From contig JBFMAY010000001.1 in NCBI GenBank assembly GCA_040755455.1, positions 294,164-358,163 on the forward strand: a stretch of 64,000 nt of DNA, given 5' to 3'. This document shows positions 30,430 to 39,327 of the stretch, piece after piece. A program made the position numbers and the translations under genes. The notes beneath the pieces were generated by a model. The model saw only the letters and a list, made by a program, of their open reading frames with translations, was not told where the DNA came from and ran no database searches. Position 1 is the first letter of the stretch, and every line of letters starts with the position of its first letter. The stretch is from Thermodesulfobacteriota bacterium (GTDB lineage Bacteria > Desulfobacterota > Desulfobulbia > Desulfobulbales > SURF-16).

Positions 30430-31812
30430 TTAAACTGCCGAGTTATTATCCGCCTGAATTCGGTTCAGGGCAAAAGTTATCGTCGCTGTGGTTCCTGCTG
30501 ACAGTGCTGAAGTTAAATAGAGGTCGCCCCCAAATCTGTTAGCCATAATTCTCGCAAGATAGAGTCCAAGGCCCATTCCCTTTCCCGGTTCCTTGCTTGT
30601 ATAAAAAGGTTCCATCGCTCTTTTTAACGAGTTTTCGTCCATCCCCGTGCCATGATCTCTCACCTCAAAATACAGGAATTGGGAGTCCTTCCAGCAGGTC
30701 AGTTCGATAGGCGCGCCAGGTTCCGATGCGTCCATGGCATTTTTCATAAGCTCTTTAATGGTCCGCGTAAGGGTGCGAACAGGCATTATAACCTGCATGT
30801 CGCCAACTTTGTTATGGAATTTGACCTGTTGCAGATTTTCAAAATTAAAAAGAGCCATAACCTCATAAACTAGCTCTTTAATGCTGAATTTGTCAACAGC
30901 TTCTCCAAGAAGCTTGCCGCTGTCAGCTGACATCTGGAAGAGGATTTCCTTGCATCTGGCCACCTGATCGCGAATCAGCCGGGTATCGTCGATCAGGTTT
31001 TTGTCACCGCCATGCTTTTTGAAATGGTAGAGCATTTCTCCTGAGGCTATGGCGATAGTCGACAGTGGAGTGGAGAATTCATGCGCCGCACCGGCGGCAA
31101 AGGTGGCAAGTGAGGCCAGTCTTTCGTTACGCATTCTTTCTTCATCAAGTTCTTTGAATACCTCGTCCTGTTCCTCCATGTTTTTTTTAATTTGGGCAAC
31201 GGGATAAACAATCAGCAAGGCAACAAGGGAGAATATAAAGAACATGAAATAGCTGTGAGAGCTGAGATGCTCATCCAACTGCTTGTTGAAAATGGCCAGG
31301 ATTTCAGGGTTCTCGATATAATGGTGCGATGCGGTTAGAAGAGATTGATCAAGTGGTAAGGGGGCTGAGAAATAAAAAAAGATGGCATAGCAGGTTAAAG
31401 TGAAGGCTGTGAGAGCATACGAGCAGCTTCGCTCCAGCAGAAGTGCCCCGAGGACTATATAAATGATGTAAAGAATGCTCAGGGGGTTATAGATGGAAAC
31501 GACCTGAAAAAAGAGAACAGTCATTAGTATGATGTCAAAAAACATTACCAGCGCGGGGATCCAGCATGGAATAATTTTTTTCGGCGCAGGCAGATTATAA
31601 AGAAAAATGTTACTGATCAGGCCAAGCCCGATTACCAGAAAGGTAAACCTCAAGGAAATCTGTAAATGAAAAAATCTGATTGCCGCCAATACCATGAATA
31701 ATTGGCATGCCAGAATGGCCCATCTGATGCGCAAAAGCCAGAGAAAGGTTATGTCGTGACCGGTGCTGTTGTATGTTCGGCCATTTATGATCTTCAGCTC
31801 ACATGATTTCAC
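30430..31812 (-). CDS. regB: RegB/PrrB/ActS-family sensor histidine kinase
   Basis: LLRIRWAIL, about 6 TM helices, H-box AAGAAHEFSTPLSTI, redox Cys in QVARCKEIL and GMGLGLYL; adjacent to regA. Confidence 0.88.
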   Translation of the reverse strand: MKSCELKIINGRTYNSTGHDITFLWLLRIRWAILACQLFMVLAAIRFFHLQISLRFTFLVIGLGLISNIFLYNLPAPKKIIPCWIPALVMFFDIILMTVLFFQVVSIYNPLSILYIIYIVLGALLLERSCSYALTAFTLTCYAIFFYFSAPLPLDQSLLTASHHYIENPEILAIFNKQLDEHLSSHSYFMFFIFSLVALLIVYPVAQIKKNMEEQDEVFKELDEERMRNERLASLATFAAGAAHEFSTPLSTIAIASGEMLYHFKKHGGDKNLIDDTRLIRDQVARCKEILFQMSADSGKLLGEAVDKFSIKELVYEVMALFNFENLQQVKFHNKVGDMQVIMPVRTLTRTIKELMKNAMDASEPGAPIELTCWKDSQFLYFEVRDHGTGMDENSLKRAMEPFYTSKEPGKGMGLGLYLARIMANRFGGDLYLTSALSAGTTATITFALNRIQADNNSAV

Positions 31813-31876
31813 TCGTCACTCCCCTGTTCTGGATGGAAATCTGAAACGTGCCGGAATCATTAGCTTTAGGCGCATG

Positions 31877-31893
31877 TGCGACATTTTACCACA
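31877..31893. promoter_or_regulatory. RegA/RegR-type box
   Basis: TGCGAC-ATTTT-ACCACA between divergent regB and tusA. Confidence 0.6.
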
Positions 31894-31985
31894 TTTAGTC
31901 TCATTATAAGGTGTGATAAATACTATTTTATCCGAAGATGTCAATTGATTAATGGTAATTTATGATTGGGAATTGAGGGGAAGAG

Positions 31986-32222
31986 ATGGAACTGAAAGCC
32001 GATTTGACGCTCGATGCAAAAGGATTGAGTTGCCCTATGCCTCTGCTTAAAACAAAGCAATTTATCAATAAAATTAAACAAGGAGAGGTTCTTGAGGTGT
32101 TGGGAACTGATCCGGGATCAAAAAATGACCTTCCAGGATGGTGCGCAAGGGCTGGACATGAGTTTCTCGGGGCCAAAGATGAGAGTGGGTTTTTTAGATT
32201 TTTTATCCGCAGAGGGAAATAG
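31986..32222 (+). CDS. tusA: TusA/SirA-family sulfur carrier
   Basis: LDAKGLSCPMPLLK and GEVLEVLGTDPGS motifs; 78 aa. Confidence 0.9.
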   Translation: MELKADLTLDAKGLSCPMPLLKTKQFINKIKQGEVLEVLGTDPGSKNDLPGWCARAGHEFLGAKDESGFFRFFIRRGK

Positions 32223-32286
32223 ACAGATTTTGATGAATTTGATCCCATGGGTGTCCGTTGAATGAAATTGAGACGGACCCCCGCCA

Positions 32287-33837
32287 ATGTTACAATTTGA
32301 GGTGTTAACAGCTCAACGAAAAGTTCTGCGGCAACAATGGAAAACAGTTTCAGCTGTTATTTCCGAAGTTGATACAACCTTTCTTGTCTTACGAGTCGTC
32401 TCTTTTTTTGCCGGAATTTGCTGGCTGTTGCTGGTACCCTATTCTGCCAGTGAAAAAGCTCTTCTGCTCAAAACCCTGATTGGTTTTTCCCTTTACAGCA
32501 TCGCCGGTTACATCGTTATCTTTTTTAGACCTGTTTGGCTGAGAAAAGTCTATATCGCATCGTTTTTTTTTGACATTATTTTTCTTTCAAATCTGGTTTA
32601 CTCTGAGCGAAGTTTTGAAAATAGTTTTTTTCTCGGTTTTTATCTTCTTGTATGTCTCCATACTATTTATTTCGGACTTCGCTTCGGTCTGCTTGCCGCT
32701 ACCCTTTCCGCCTTTTTTTACCTCCTCAGCATCACTTCGCTCCTGGATTATATAAATTGGACTGATCTTGCCGTACGTATCGCATTTCTTTATTTCATTA
32801 CGGTGCCTCTTGGGTTGTTATCAGAAACGGCCAATCGTGACAAAAAAAAGGTGGATGATCTCAATAAAAAGCTTGCGCATGCACTGGAAAATATCAAGCT
32901 GATGCAACAGAAATTAATCGATGCGGAAAAGTTTTCCGCGCTTGGCAGGTTAACGGAAGATGTGACCAATGAGATTAAAAATTCCATGATGGTCGTTGGT
33001 GGTTTAGCGCTCAAGTTGCAAAAAAATAATTCAGCCGCGGTCGGAGACCAAGAGTATGTCGCGAAAGTCATCAATGAAATTGTTAGGATTGAGAAAATTT
33101 TGGCGGATACCCTTGTTTATAGCAACGCTGTGGAAGTAGAACTTAAGCGAACGGAGATCAGCAAACCTGCACAGTCCTCATGCGCAAGTTATCGCGCCTT
33201 GTGCCAAGAGCAGAATATTGTCGTTGAAGAATTTTACGAAATGGGTCTGCCCAATGCTAAGATTGACAGCGTGCAGGTTCAGCAAGCCCTGGATTTTCTT
33301 GTCTGCAACGCTATCGATGCCATGCCGGAAGGTGGAGTTTTGTCCATGGCAACCGGCCATGCAACCATCCATGATGCGCCTTATTTGACCATTTCCGTCA
33401 GTGACACGGGTGAGGGTATTGACCCTGAGGTTATCCAGTTCATTTTTGAGCCATTCTTTACTACGAAAAAGGTTGGACTCGGTACAGGTCTTGGTTTAAC
33501 TATTGTAAAGAAAATCATGGAAAAACACTGTGGTTTTGTCAGCGTGAAAAATGATGTCGGCCGGGGTGCGGAGTTTTTTCTCTATTTTCCCTTGCAAAGC
33601 GAAGAGCAGGACAAGATGACCCCCTGCTGGGAATATCTTGGATGCGGCATTGAGACGGAACCTTCCCGCCACTGCTCTGCATACCCCCATTTCGGCCGAA
33701 TCTGCTGGGCGACTGCGGGATCAGTCAGTCAAAGCACTATAGCTGGATTGACTGCAACAAGAATTGCTACCTGCCGCGAATGTTCCTTTTATAAGTCGGT
33801 TAATAGCTGTTCTCTTATCCCTTTACAGGATGGTTAA
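32287..33837 (+). CDS. Membrane histidine-kinase-like protein lacking the phospho-His, with a C-terminal Cys-rich two-CW-like domain
   Basis: Multiple TM helices; H-box reads VTNEIKNS; intact HATPase (DTGEGI, FFTTK, GTGLGL); tail CWEYLGC...CSAY...ICW...CRECSFY. Confidence 0.85.
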   Translation: MLQFEVLTAQRKVLRQQWKTVSAVISEVDTTFLVLRVVSFFAGICWLLLVPYSASEKALLLKTLIGFSLYSIAGYIVIFFRPVWLRKVYIASFFFDIIFLSNLVYSERSFENSFFLGFYLLVCLHTIYFGLRFGLLAATLSAFFYLLSITSLLDYINWTDLAVRIAFLYFITVPLGLLSETANRDKKKVDDLNKKLAHALENIKLMQQKLIDAEKFSALGRLTEDVTNEIKNSMMVVGGLALKLQKNNSAAVGDQEYVAKVINEIVRIEKILADTLVYSNAVEVELKRTEISKPAQSSCASYRALCQEQNIVVEEFYEMGLPNAKIDSVQVQQALDFLVCNAIDAMPEGGVLSMATGHATIHDAPYLTISVSDTGEGIDPEVIQFIFEPFFTTKKVGLGTGLGLTIVKKIMEKHCGFVSVKNDVGRGAEFFLYFPLQSEEQDKMTPCWEYLGCGIETEPSRHCSAYPHFGRICWATAGSVSQSTIAGLTATRIATCRECSFYKSVNSCSLIPLQDG

Positions 33838-33916
33838 CAACTGTCTCCCTGTCCCTGCTGAATGATAATAACAAAATTTAATAACGCGAGACATATTTGT
33901 TACACTTTTTTTAAGG

Positions 33917-33933
33917 TGCGACAATTTGCCACA
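33917..33933. promoter_or_regulatory. RegA/RegR-type box
   Basis: TGCGAC-AATTT-GCCACA. Confidence 0.7.
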
Positions 33934-34514
33934 TGTTCTTTCGGCGAAATATGTGTTAATTTATAGTCGTAAAGCTATAAAAAGTTTTTCAATGACGAAT
34001 TGATGAGCGAGTTCAATTGGGGGTGCCGAGTGAAAGGTGTTGATCCCCAAGAAATTCGAAGAGAAACAAGGATGCAGATTGTAGTTTTGCGAGGCGTCCG
34101 GGAGGACCGGCATTTTGGCGGAGGGAAGACTTGCAAAAATCATTCTGTCGGGAAGATGCCCAAAAATGTTGTGGTGATGTGTCCCTGAAGGGAATCGATG
34201 ATTACGGGCAGGTTTGAAATGTTTCCGGGCCGGTTGATGAGTGGTGAATTTCTGACGATGACCGGCAAAATTTGATTGCGTGTTGTCAAATTGGAAATTA
34301 CTGTGGCAGTGGCACAAGCAAAAAAAGATATAAGAAATGATGAGTGGCAGGAGTTGATAATGGGACCCTTGCTGATCTCAGCAGACATGAAATAATTCTA
34401 ATAATGAATAGGCTAACTAGTCAAAATAATAGGACTTGTTAATTTTATTACGGCATTGGGCGGCATATGGCGTGGCCTGTTTGATGGTTAGGCGAAAGGG
34501 TTCGGAGTGAATCC

Positions 34515-34531
34515 TGCGACAATTTGCCATA
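34515..34531. promoter_or_regulatory. RegA/RegR-type box upstream of the OmcS-like gene
   Basis: TGCGAC-AATTT-GCCATA, about 75 bp before ATG 34607. Confidence 0.7.
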
Positions 34532-34606
34532 TTCCTTTTTTTTTTAAAAAAAACTAGCTTATTAAGCCGTATCAAAAAGTCAACTTAACGAGATGGAGGG
34601 ACTCAG

Positions 34607-35737
34607 ATGATTAAAAGAATGAAAGTATTTTCGCTGGGGTTGGGCCTGATTGGTGTTGCCTTGATGGCCCCGCAATTTGTTGGTGCAAAGGCAACTGGAC
34701 CTTGTGTGAACTGCCATACAATGCATAACAGTCAGGATGGCGACACAGAACTTTATGGTGCTACCCCAAATGGGGCGTTGACCACTGGCGGATGTATCGG
34801 TTGCCATACAAGCCCCACTACTTCACTCATTGTAAACAACATTCCAATGGTTTTGACCACTGGAGAACCGGCTGATGTCCTTGCCGGGGGCAACTTTTAC
34901 TGGGTAAACACTACTGATAGTACAGGACATAATGTTGTCGGTTTAAAAGCTGCTAATCAGGATGTCGCTTTGGCTTTAACTCCTCCAGGCTGGAATGCAA
35001 ATTTTAATGCCAATGGTCAGGTTACGCTCGGGACTTGGAACCAGCAACTTACCTGTGCAGGTACGTATGGTTGCCATGGCACGCATGAGAATACTGCTGG
35101 TACGGTTGTAGACGATTTTACCGCCATCTCCGGCGCGCATCACGCTGACGACTCAGCCATCGACGGTACGACAACGGCCAAGAGTTTCCGTTTTCTTTAT
35201 GGCATTATCGGCAAAGAGGATCCCACATGGGAAAATGATGCCGTCATCGGCAACACTCTACATAATACATATTTCGGCGTCAGCAGGCTTGGTACTGGTG
35301 GTGATGCTATGCCTACATCCGGTGATGCAATTAAAAGCATCAACTATCTCTGCGCGGAGTGCCATGGTGATTTCCACTCAGGTGCCGATACTGCAGGCGC
35401 CGATACAGGTATCGACGCTGGTGCCGCATGGCTCAGGCATCCAACTGATATCGACATGAATGCACTTGCGGCCGGTGTGGAGTATAAATCTTACACAGCC
35501 TACGATCCCCTTGTTCCTGTGGCCACTAACCGTACGACAGGTGGAGTTGTTACGGTTGATATTTCAAATCCATTTGCGAACAGCGGAGATGCGATAGTGA
35601 ACTGTATATCCTGCCATCGGGCTCATGGTTCGATAGAACCCGATCTGCTGCGCTGGGATTATGATACATGTGTATCTGCTGGCGGTGACGACACATGTGG
35701 TTGCTTTGTATGTCATACCACCAAAGATGATGTTTGA
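34607..35737 (+). CDS. OmcS-family hexaheme cytochrome (putative nanowire subunit; 5 CXXCH + CX5CH)
   Basis: Ordered OmcS-like motifs: CxxCHTMHNS, GGNFYWV, GHNV, CxxCHxDFH, LRHP, NCISCHRAHGS and terminal CxxCHTTKD. Confidence 0.85.
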   Translation: MIKRMKVFSLGLGLIGVALMAPQFVGAKATGPCVNCHTMHNSQDGDTELYGATPNGALTTGGCIGCHTSPTTSLIVNNIPMVLTTGEPADVLAGGNFYWVNTTDSTGHNVVGLKAANQDVALALTPPGWNANFNANGQVTLGTWNQQLTCAGTYGCHGTHENTAGTVVDDFTAISGAHHADDSAIDGTTTAKSFRFLYGIIGKEDPTWENDAVIGNTLHNTYFGVSRLGTGGDAMPTSGDAIKSINYLCAECHGDFHSGADTAGADTGIDAGAAWLRHPTDIDMNALAAGVEYKSYTAYDPLVPVATNRTTGGVVTVDISNPFANSGDAIVNCISCHRAHGSIEPDLLRWDYDTCVSAGGDDTCGCFVCHTTKDDV

Positions 35738-35800
35738 TGAACAGGGTGTAAGTGTTATTGTTATGTAAATTTAACAACAGAAAAGATTGTCGCATGAGAT

Positions 35801-35861
35801 AAATTCCGGCCAGGAAACGATACCCCTTCCCTCCTAATCGTTTCCAGGCCGGAATTTTTTT
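35801..35861 (+). terminator. Long-stem intrinsic terminator
   Basis: AAATTCCGGCC-A-GGAAACGAT / ATCGTTTCC-A-GGCCGGAATTT stem followed by a T run. Confidence 0.85.
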
Positions 35862-35888
35862 GTCTCATCTCGCTGGTGTTGTGTTTTT

Positions 35889-35920
35889 AACAAATCAATG
35901 CAGCATGTAGTTGATTTGTT
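35889..35920. repeat. 10-bp perfect inverted repeat, possible operator
   Basis: AACAAATCAA-N12-TTGATTTGTT upstream of the beta-barrel gene. Confidence 0.45.
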
Positions 35921-36048
35921 TTGCATTTTCAATAATAAACAGTTAGATAATTTTGGTGCTCATGTCATTTGGTATTTTGCGGAAAAGGGATTGGTGCCTC
36001 AATGAAAATGATATACTTTTATTGTTAATTATCTGTGGAATGTAACCG

Positions 36049-38160
36049 GTGATGCGGGGAGGGAGAACATATAACGGCATTGTCTTTGTCCTGTTGCTGA
36101 CGGTTTTTCTCTGTGACGGTCTTGCGCAGGGAAAGCCATTGTCGTTTACCGGCACCGGAACGTATCAGCATACAGAAGATGAAGGAAGCGAATCACAGGT
36201 CAGTCAGAGCACGACCATGGAGCTTGACCAGACGCTGACCCCTGTGATGAGTATTGACGAAACTGTCCGCTATACTTCGACATTCAAGAAGGGAAGTGAA
36301 ACAGAGGCAATCACCCCGTCGCTTGACTACCAGATTATTAATGATTTCTTTTATTTTGACCTTTCCGGCACATGGAATAAGCTGCGGAACTCCGAAAGAC
36401 CCGATATGACCAGCAGTAACTGGCAGGGCAGGTGGATTAGCAACTGGCAGAAGGAACTTTGGCCGGTGGTGCAACTTAATTACGGAGCAAGCAGCGCCAC
36501 TGATGATGAGAGCCCAAGCCGGCTTGACACCGAGAGCACTTCCAGCGGTTTCAATATTGACTGGGATTTGTTGCTGGCTAAAATTTATTACAATATAGAC
36601 TTGAATGAGTCGGATAATTTTGTTGCCAATAGCAATGATAAATCAACCAATCAGCTCGCCCGTCTGACAACTGACAAAACTTTCTTGCAGGATCGTTTAA
36701 ATGTTTCTTTCCTCGGGCAATATTCCAAAAACACCCAGGATTATGAAACGAGACTTGCAGCCGGCGGCACGGCGTTGGTGCCAATACCCCGTTCCAGTTA
36801 CGAAAGCCGCGGCGGAGTTGATCCTGATGATTCCGATGATGATCCTGAATGGACGGAGTTAGCGGTTGGTTTTGCCCCTGTTGCTGCCAATGACCGCTAT
36901 AATGTCGTCATTAATCAAAGAGCGGCTGAGGAGCCGGTCGATGCAATCTATATTTATACTGGAGACGATCTGTCTGAAACGGAAGAAGGGAATCTCGACC
37001 TTTTCCGGTGGACTGTCTATTACAGTAATGACGGTGTCAACTGGCGTTATGTGGATCGGGCGACTAATTTGGGACCCTTCCCGTACAACCACGCAGAGAG
37101 ACGCTTTGAGTTGAGAATTCCTACCTTAACCGCCAGATATATTATGCTGGTGGAAGATGATATTCCCACAGACGATAATTTCACCATAACTCAAGTCGAA
37201 GCATATACCGAGGTTACCGGGCAAGCGGGCCAAAAGTATACCAGCAAAACCGATTCCTTCAATTATTTAGGCGATACCTCGGTCCGTTTACGTATAAACC
37301 CTGATCTCCACTGGACGTATAACCTGATACTGGAAGACGGTGAAACAGCAAGGGGAAACGATATTGACCGGACCTATAACTCTTCCAGTTTACTCTGGAC
37401 CCCCAGCCTGATATTTTCTTCTACCCTCAGCGCCAGTGAATCAGTTGATCAGATAGAGCTTGAAGATGAGGAGAAAACACGCTTTTACTCGATCAGTTTC
37501 ACATCTCTGCTGCTGCCAACCGTTGATGTCAATTATGGCGTTACCCGCAGCGATGAATATGAAGCGGATGAGAAAACAGGCACCAGCTATAATTACAACA
37601 TGTTTTTGACGGCATTGATATTTCCTGATTTGACCTCGAATCTCGATCTGGCGTACATAACCGATCATGATGAAGAGACGGATGCAGAAGGGAAGGATTT
37701 TAATTCAACCTTGAAGTTTACCGCAAGACTGAACCCTCAACTGACGGTTGATCTGACAGAAAAATATACTCACACCAATAATGAAGGTTCAACAAATGAT
37801 GACACTTCGACAGAAGATGGTGATTCCACATGGACTGCCGCCAGTCTCATCAGCACGAGCTGGAGGCCATCTGATATTCTGTCCATGCAGGTTGGTGGTG
37901 GCAAGGAATGGGAGAGTGAGGAATCTTCTGAATTTATTTATTATCTCAGTGTGACCCTCGCTCCTACTTATAAGACACAGTTGAATTTGAGTTATGATCA
38001 CAGTGATGACGCAGATGATTATAGTGCGAGTTACAACTGGACTATTAATCATATATTTTCAATGCATGCCTATTGTACATATATAGAAGAAGATGAAATT
38101 GATGAAGATGAGGATGAAACTGAATTCGCTTTCGGAGGTCAGTTTGTCGTTCGTTACTGA
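36049..38160 (+). CDS. Acidic outer-membrane beta-barrel protein with an inserted domain
   Basis: Signal peptide, many alternating Y/S/T strands, D/E-rich loops and C-terminal GGQFVVRY. Confidence 0.75.
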   Translation: MMRGGRTYNGIVFVLLLTVFLCDGLAQGKPLSFTGTGTYQHTEDEGSESQVSQSTTMELDQTLTPVMSIDETVRYTSTFKKGSETEAITPSLDYQIINDFFYFDLSGTWNKLRNSERPDMTSSNWQGRWISNWQKELWPVVQLNYGASSATDDESPSRLDTESTSSGFNIDWDLLLAKIYYNIDLNESDNFVANSNDKSTNQLARLTTDKTFLQDRLNVSFLGQYSKNTQDYETRLAAGGTALVPIPRSSYESRGGVDPDDSDDDPEWTELAVGFAPVAANDRYNVVINQRAAEEPVDAIYIYTGDDLSETEEGNLDLFRWTVYYSNDGVNWRYVDRATNLGPFPYNHAERRFELRIPTLTARYIMLVEDDIPTDDNFTITQVEAYTEVTGQAGQKYTSKTDSFNYLGDTSVRLRINPDLHWTYNLILEDGETARGNDIDRTYNSSSLLWTPSLIFSSTLSASESVDQIELEDEEKTRFYSISFTSLLLPTVDVNYGVTRSDEYEADEKTGTSYNYNMFLTALIFPDLTSNLDLAYITDHDEETDAEGKDFNSTLKFTARLNPQLTVDLTEKYTHTNNEGSTNDDTSTEDGDSTWTAASLISTSWRPSDILSMQVGGGKEWESEESSEFIYYLSVTLAPTYKTQLNLSYDHSDDADDYSASYNWTINHIFSMHAYCTYIEEDEIDEDEDETEFAFGGQFVVRY

Positions 38161-38215
38161 TGTTTGAATTTTAAATGAGAAACATTTACAATTTAATTTT
38201 CCAAGGGTTCTGTTC

Positions 38216-39217
38216 ATGAAAAGAATACTATGTTCCTTACTGATGTTGATGTGTTTTTCCTTACTCGCAGGTTGTTCTGGGAAAACGACAATTTCTTTTA
38301 TGAGAGAAGATGTGACACTTGACTTTGTCAACAGGATCAGTGTTCTTCCTCTGGAAAATAATACGGATCAAAAATACGCGGCAGAACTTGCCAGGGACGT
38401 GGTCAACACACAGATTCTGGCCATGAATATTTTTGACGTCGTGGATAAGGGTATTGTTGACAGTGTCTTGCATGAAGAGGCTATTGACCCCGGCTCTCCG
38501 GTGAGCCAGCTTATGCTCACCAGACTTGGGCAGCGCCTCAATGTACAGTCTATAATGCTAGGCTCTGTCGATATGGCTGGGGATAAACGGATTGGTTCGG
38601 TGATTGTTCCTGAAATGAGCCTAACCTTGCGACTTATCGAAATAAAATCAGGTATTGTATTATGGCAGGCCAGCGGCCATTATGCAGGAGATTCCGTTAT
38701 AGGACGACTTTTTGGCATTACCCCGGATGATGCTTACAAGGTTACCGTTAAACTTGCCAAGGAACTTCTCTCTACCATACCGGAGAGGCAAAACGTCCCT
38801 GTGCCGGTGAGTACTGAACCCGTGGCCGTTAAACCAGTAGCTGATAAAGCAGTGGTTGTTAAGCCGGTATCTGTTGCGACTGATGTTGCTAAGCCCTCTG
38901 CTGCGGCCCCCCCGGTTGAAAAGCCAGCGCCAGCTGAACCTGCTGTGGAAGCAGAGCCTGCGGCTGATGATGCGGTGCCAGCTGAACCTGCTGTGGAAGC
39001 AGAGCCCGCGGCTGATGACGCGGCGCCAGCTGAACCTGCTGTGGAAGCAGAGCCCGCGGCTGATGACGCGGTGCCAGCTGAACCTGCTGTGGAAGCAGGG
39101 CCTGCCGCTGATGACGCGGTGACAGCTGAACCTGCTGTGGAAGCAGAGCCTGCGGCTGATGACGCGGTGCCAGCTGAAACTGCTGCAGAAGCAGAGCCTG
39201 CAGCTGTGAAACCATAA
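38216..39217 (+). CDS. CsgG/HfaB/PelC-like lipoprotein with a Pro/Ala/acidic repeat tail
   Basis: Lipobox LLAGC; RISVLPLEN and LTLRLIEIKSGIVLW. Confidence 0.8.
   Translation: MKRILCSLLMLMCFSLLAGCSGKTTISFMREDVTLDFVNRISVLPLENNTDQKYAAELARDVVNTQILAMNIFDVVDKGIVDSVLHEEAIDPGSPVSQLMLTRLGQRLNVQSIMLGSVDMAGDKRIGSVIVPEMSLTLRLIEIKSGIVLWQASGHYAGDSVIGRLFGITPDDAYKVTVKLAKELLSTIPERQNVPVPVSTEPVAVKPVADKAVVVKPVSVATDVAKPSAAAPPVEKPAPAEPAVEAEPAADDAVPAEPAVEAEPAADDAAPAEPAVEAEPAADDAVPAEPAVEAGPAADDAVTAEPAVEAEPAADDAVPAETAAEAEPAAVKP
38930..39205 (+). repeat. 48-bp coding tandem repeat (5 full copies + 1 partial)
   Basis: Unit CCAGCTGAACCTGCTGTGGAAGCAGAGCC...GCTGATGA.GCGG.G encodes PAEPAVEAEPAADDAV. Confidence 0.95.
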
Positions 39218-39327
39218 AAAAGGATACGAGAGGTGTCGTGATAAAAATCATGGGCCAAAGCCTTGTATCCTCCTGCAGGTAAATTTTATTGCGGGTTACT
39301 GAGAAATTATAATTTGTTTCGATTAGT

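Noticed and set aside
34000..34388. Small ORFs in the omcS-like upstream region
   Set aside because: No motifs or convincing coding signal; they conflict on opposite strands.
33838..34606. Cyclic-dinucleotide (GEMM-I) riboswitch, as known upstream of Geobacter omcS
   Set aside because: I could not find the GEMM P1/P2 architecture by eye; an Infernal scan is needed to exclude it.
38930..39205. Possible CRISPR array
   Set aside because: No unique spacers; it is an in-frame coding tandem repeat.
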